The notes under the pieces are model-generated. The model did no database searches. It was not told where the DNA came from and worked only from the letters and a program-made list of their open reading frames with translations. DNA of 64,000 nucleotides. Origin: Octopus sinensis. Taxonomy: Eukaryota. The stretch lies in NCBI RefSeq assembly GCF_006345805.1, contig NC_043000.1, positions 89,404,001 to 89,468,000 of the forward strand. The letters are read 5' to 3'. Shown piece by piece: positions 61,570 to 64,000 of this stretch; positions within the stretch are counted from its first letter, which is position 1; each line of letters starts with the position of its first letter. Made by a program: the position numbers and the translations under genes.

Positions 61570-64000
61570 GTAGTTTTATTTTTATAGCGTGCTTTCACTT
61601 CACTACCGAGCGCGGCTCTGTGTGCCTTGGGTATGTGCTGTGATTCGTTGTGATGCTCTGATGGTTATTGTATGGAAAGTTTCTGCGTAGGATGTGTGCA
61701 GTGCCTAGTAGTGCAATTTTCTGTATGTTATATGTGTTTGTAAGTCCTGGTGTTTTTGTTATGTATTTGTCTGAATATTTTTTTATCATGCCTAATGCAC
61801 CTACTATGATAGGGATTGTTCCTGTTTTTAGATTCCACATTCTGGTTATCTCTATTTCCAGGTTTTGTATTCTGAAAGTTTCTCCATTTCTTTTAGAGAC
61901 ACGTTGTCATCTGCCTGTATTGATACATCAATTAGAAAGCATTTTTTTCTTCATGATCTCTGACAACTATATCTAGCCTGTTGGCCTTCATTTCTCTATC
62001 TGTGTGTATCGGCATATCCCAGAGTATGGTTACTTCTCGTTTTCTGTGACCTTTTCTGGTGTGTGCCTATACCATCTTTTTCTGTTGTTATTCCATAATG
62101 TTGGCATAGCTTCCAATGTATGTATGTTCCAACTCTGTCATGTCTGTGAATATATTCCTTCTTAGCCAGGACTGGCAGCTAGAGATAATATGATTTATTG
62201 TTTCTTGTCCATCACCACATATTCTGCAGTTACTTGTAATATTTCTTTTCATTACATGTCTTCGGTAATTTCTGGTGGGGAGGCTTTGGTCTTGTGCTGC
62301 AATTAAAAATCCCTCTGTTTCTGCTTTGAGTCCTGAGCTTATCAACCATTGCCGGGATTTTTCTTTGTCTATTTCTTTTGCGTTTAGTTTAGTCCAGTAT
62401 TTACCGTGAAGGGGTTTTCTTGCCATCGTTTTATCATGGTTCGTTGCTGTTCTATTTTTAGTTTGGATTTCATTTGTTTTATAGATTTTGTTGTTTCTTC
62501 ATCTTCTTCTTCTTCTTCTTCTTCATATTTATTAGGTGGTATGATTTCTTGTTTGTATTTGTCAGCTTCCTTAAATACTGAGAACAATTTTTCGTTTTGC
62601 TCGTGTTTTGCCGCTATTTGTATCAGTTTTCCTTCCTTCTGAAGTAGATATTTTTGCAGTCCTATGGTGGTTATTTTATAGTAGTTTTCCAGTTGTATAA
62701 GGCCTCTACGATGTATATATAGTCTTTCTATGTCAGATTTTGGGTGATGCATCCTAGATCCTGTCATTATTTTTCTTGTTTTCCTATCTATTTTGGTCAG
62801 TTCATTTAGTGCCCAGTTAAGGATATTGTAGCTGCAACTTATAACTGGGACCGCTAAAGTGTTAATACCTATTATCTTGTTTTTAGCATTGAGCTCTGTT
62901 TTTAGTATTGATCTAACTCGTCTATAATATTATTTTTTATTTTCTCTTTCATTTGTGTGTGTTGTGTCTTATCTAGTTCATGGATTCCTAAGTATTTGTA
63001 AGTTTGGCTTTGGTCTAATTCTCTTATTTCATTGGTTTTATCTAGTATGATGTTGCTACTCTTAACTAGTTTTCCTCTTTTCATGGTTACTTTGGCGCAT
63101 TTTTCTAATCCAAATTTCATATCTATTTCTTTGGTAAATCCATGAACTGTCTTTAATAGTGTTTCCAGCTGTTTGTCATTTGCAGCGTATAGTTTTAGGT
63201 CATCCATATATAAAAGGTGGCTGATCGTTTTGCCGTAACATTTATATCCGCATCCAGTTCTATTTAGCATATCAGATAGAGGTGACAGTGCCAAGCAGAA
63301 AAGGAGTGGAGAGAGCGTGTCTCCCTGGAATATTCCTCTTCTAATGGGGATGTCTTTGGTTTTCATGAGTCCCTCTTTTGTTTGGAGGTGTAGGACTGTT
63401 TGCCATTTATTCATAGAGTGCCCTATGTTGGTGCTACTTTGTTAATGGCTAGCGTTTCGAGGATCCATGTGTGGGGGATGCTATCAAACGCCTTTTTGTA
63501 GTCAATCCAGGCCATACTGAGGCCTTTCTTATTTCTGTGGCTGTCTTCAGTTATGGCTTTATTAATCATTAGTTGATCTTTACAGCCATATGACCCTTTG
63601 CGGCATCCTTTCTGCTCTTCTGGGAACAGTTTGTTTTCGTCCAGGTGCTTGTTCAACCTTTGCGATATCACTGCAGTAAATGCCTTGAACATTGTAGGGA
63701 GACAGGTATTGGTCTGTAGTTTTCTGGTTTTGCTGTCTCATTTGATTTGGGAATTAAGATGGTTTTCCCCTTCGTGAGCCATTCAGGCATTGTCTCTGGC
63801 TCTGCTTGTATGTTGTTAAAGTTTCAGCCAGCTTTTTGTGCATTCCTTTTAGATATTTCAACCAGAAGTTGGGGATCTTGTCATGCCCAGGTGCCTTCCA
63901 GTTGCTTAGTCTTTGCAGTGCCTGGGTGACCTCTTCAGTTGTTATGGGGGTCCAAAGTTGTTCAGATGCCGAGTTTGTTATTTTGATACTCCTTTTTTTT
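61570..64000 (-). mobile_element. R4/Dong-type LINE (RT, CCHC, RLE, 3' UTR), frameshifted; runs off the window end
   Basis: Motifs EQKGCRKGSYGCKDQL, WIDYKKAFDSIPH, RRGIFQGDTLSPLLF, HLLYMDDLKLY, CRICGDGQETINHIISSC and IQKIALLGTAHILRR; ends in (AAT)n at 61418-61569. Confidence 0.9.

Overview
AT-rich, microsatellite-dense eukaryotic non-genic DNA (intergenic or a large intron). It is most likely from an octopus or other coleoid cephalopod; this is inferred from repeat style and recalled SINE families, not from a database hit. I found no host protein-coding exon. The window is almost entirely mobile DNA: (1) a near full-length but decayed Tx1/L1-clade LINE (34.1-39.3 kb) plus two fragments of related LINEs; (2) several R4/Dong-type LINE remnants next to (TAA)n tracts and one RTE remnant; (3) three or four tRNA-derived SINE families; (4) Tc1 and mariner remnants and a mariner MITE; (5) a non-autonomous Helitron; (6) two Penelope GIY-YIG remnants and many short pseudo-LTR-like fold-back elements in (AT)n tracts, several with hand-foldable hammerhead ribozyme cores from unrelated sequence families. 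The two strongest candidates for something new are: (a) a SINE module carrying a Tx1-like 3' tail that sits, like the Tx1 LINE itself, at one fixed site inside the head of its own SINE family, building head-to-tail arrays; (b) a pair of inverted arms with identical hammerheads that enclose a ~945-bp copy of DNA from 9 kb away, a copy that also preserves the pre-insertion state of the LINE target site. All alignments and folds were done by eye, and most boundaries are approximate to within about 10 bp.
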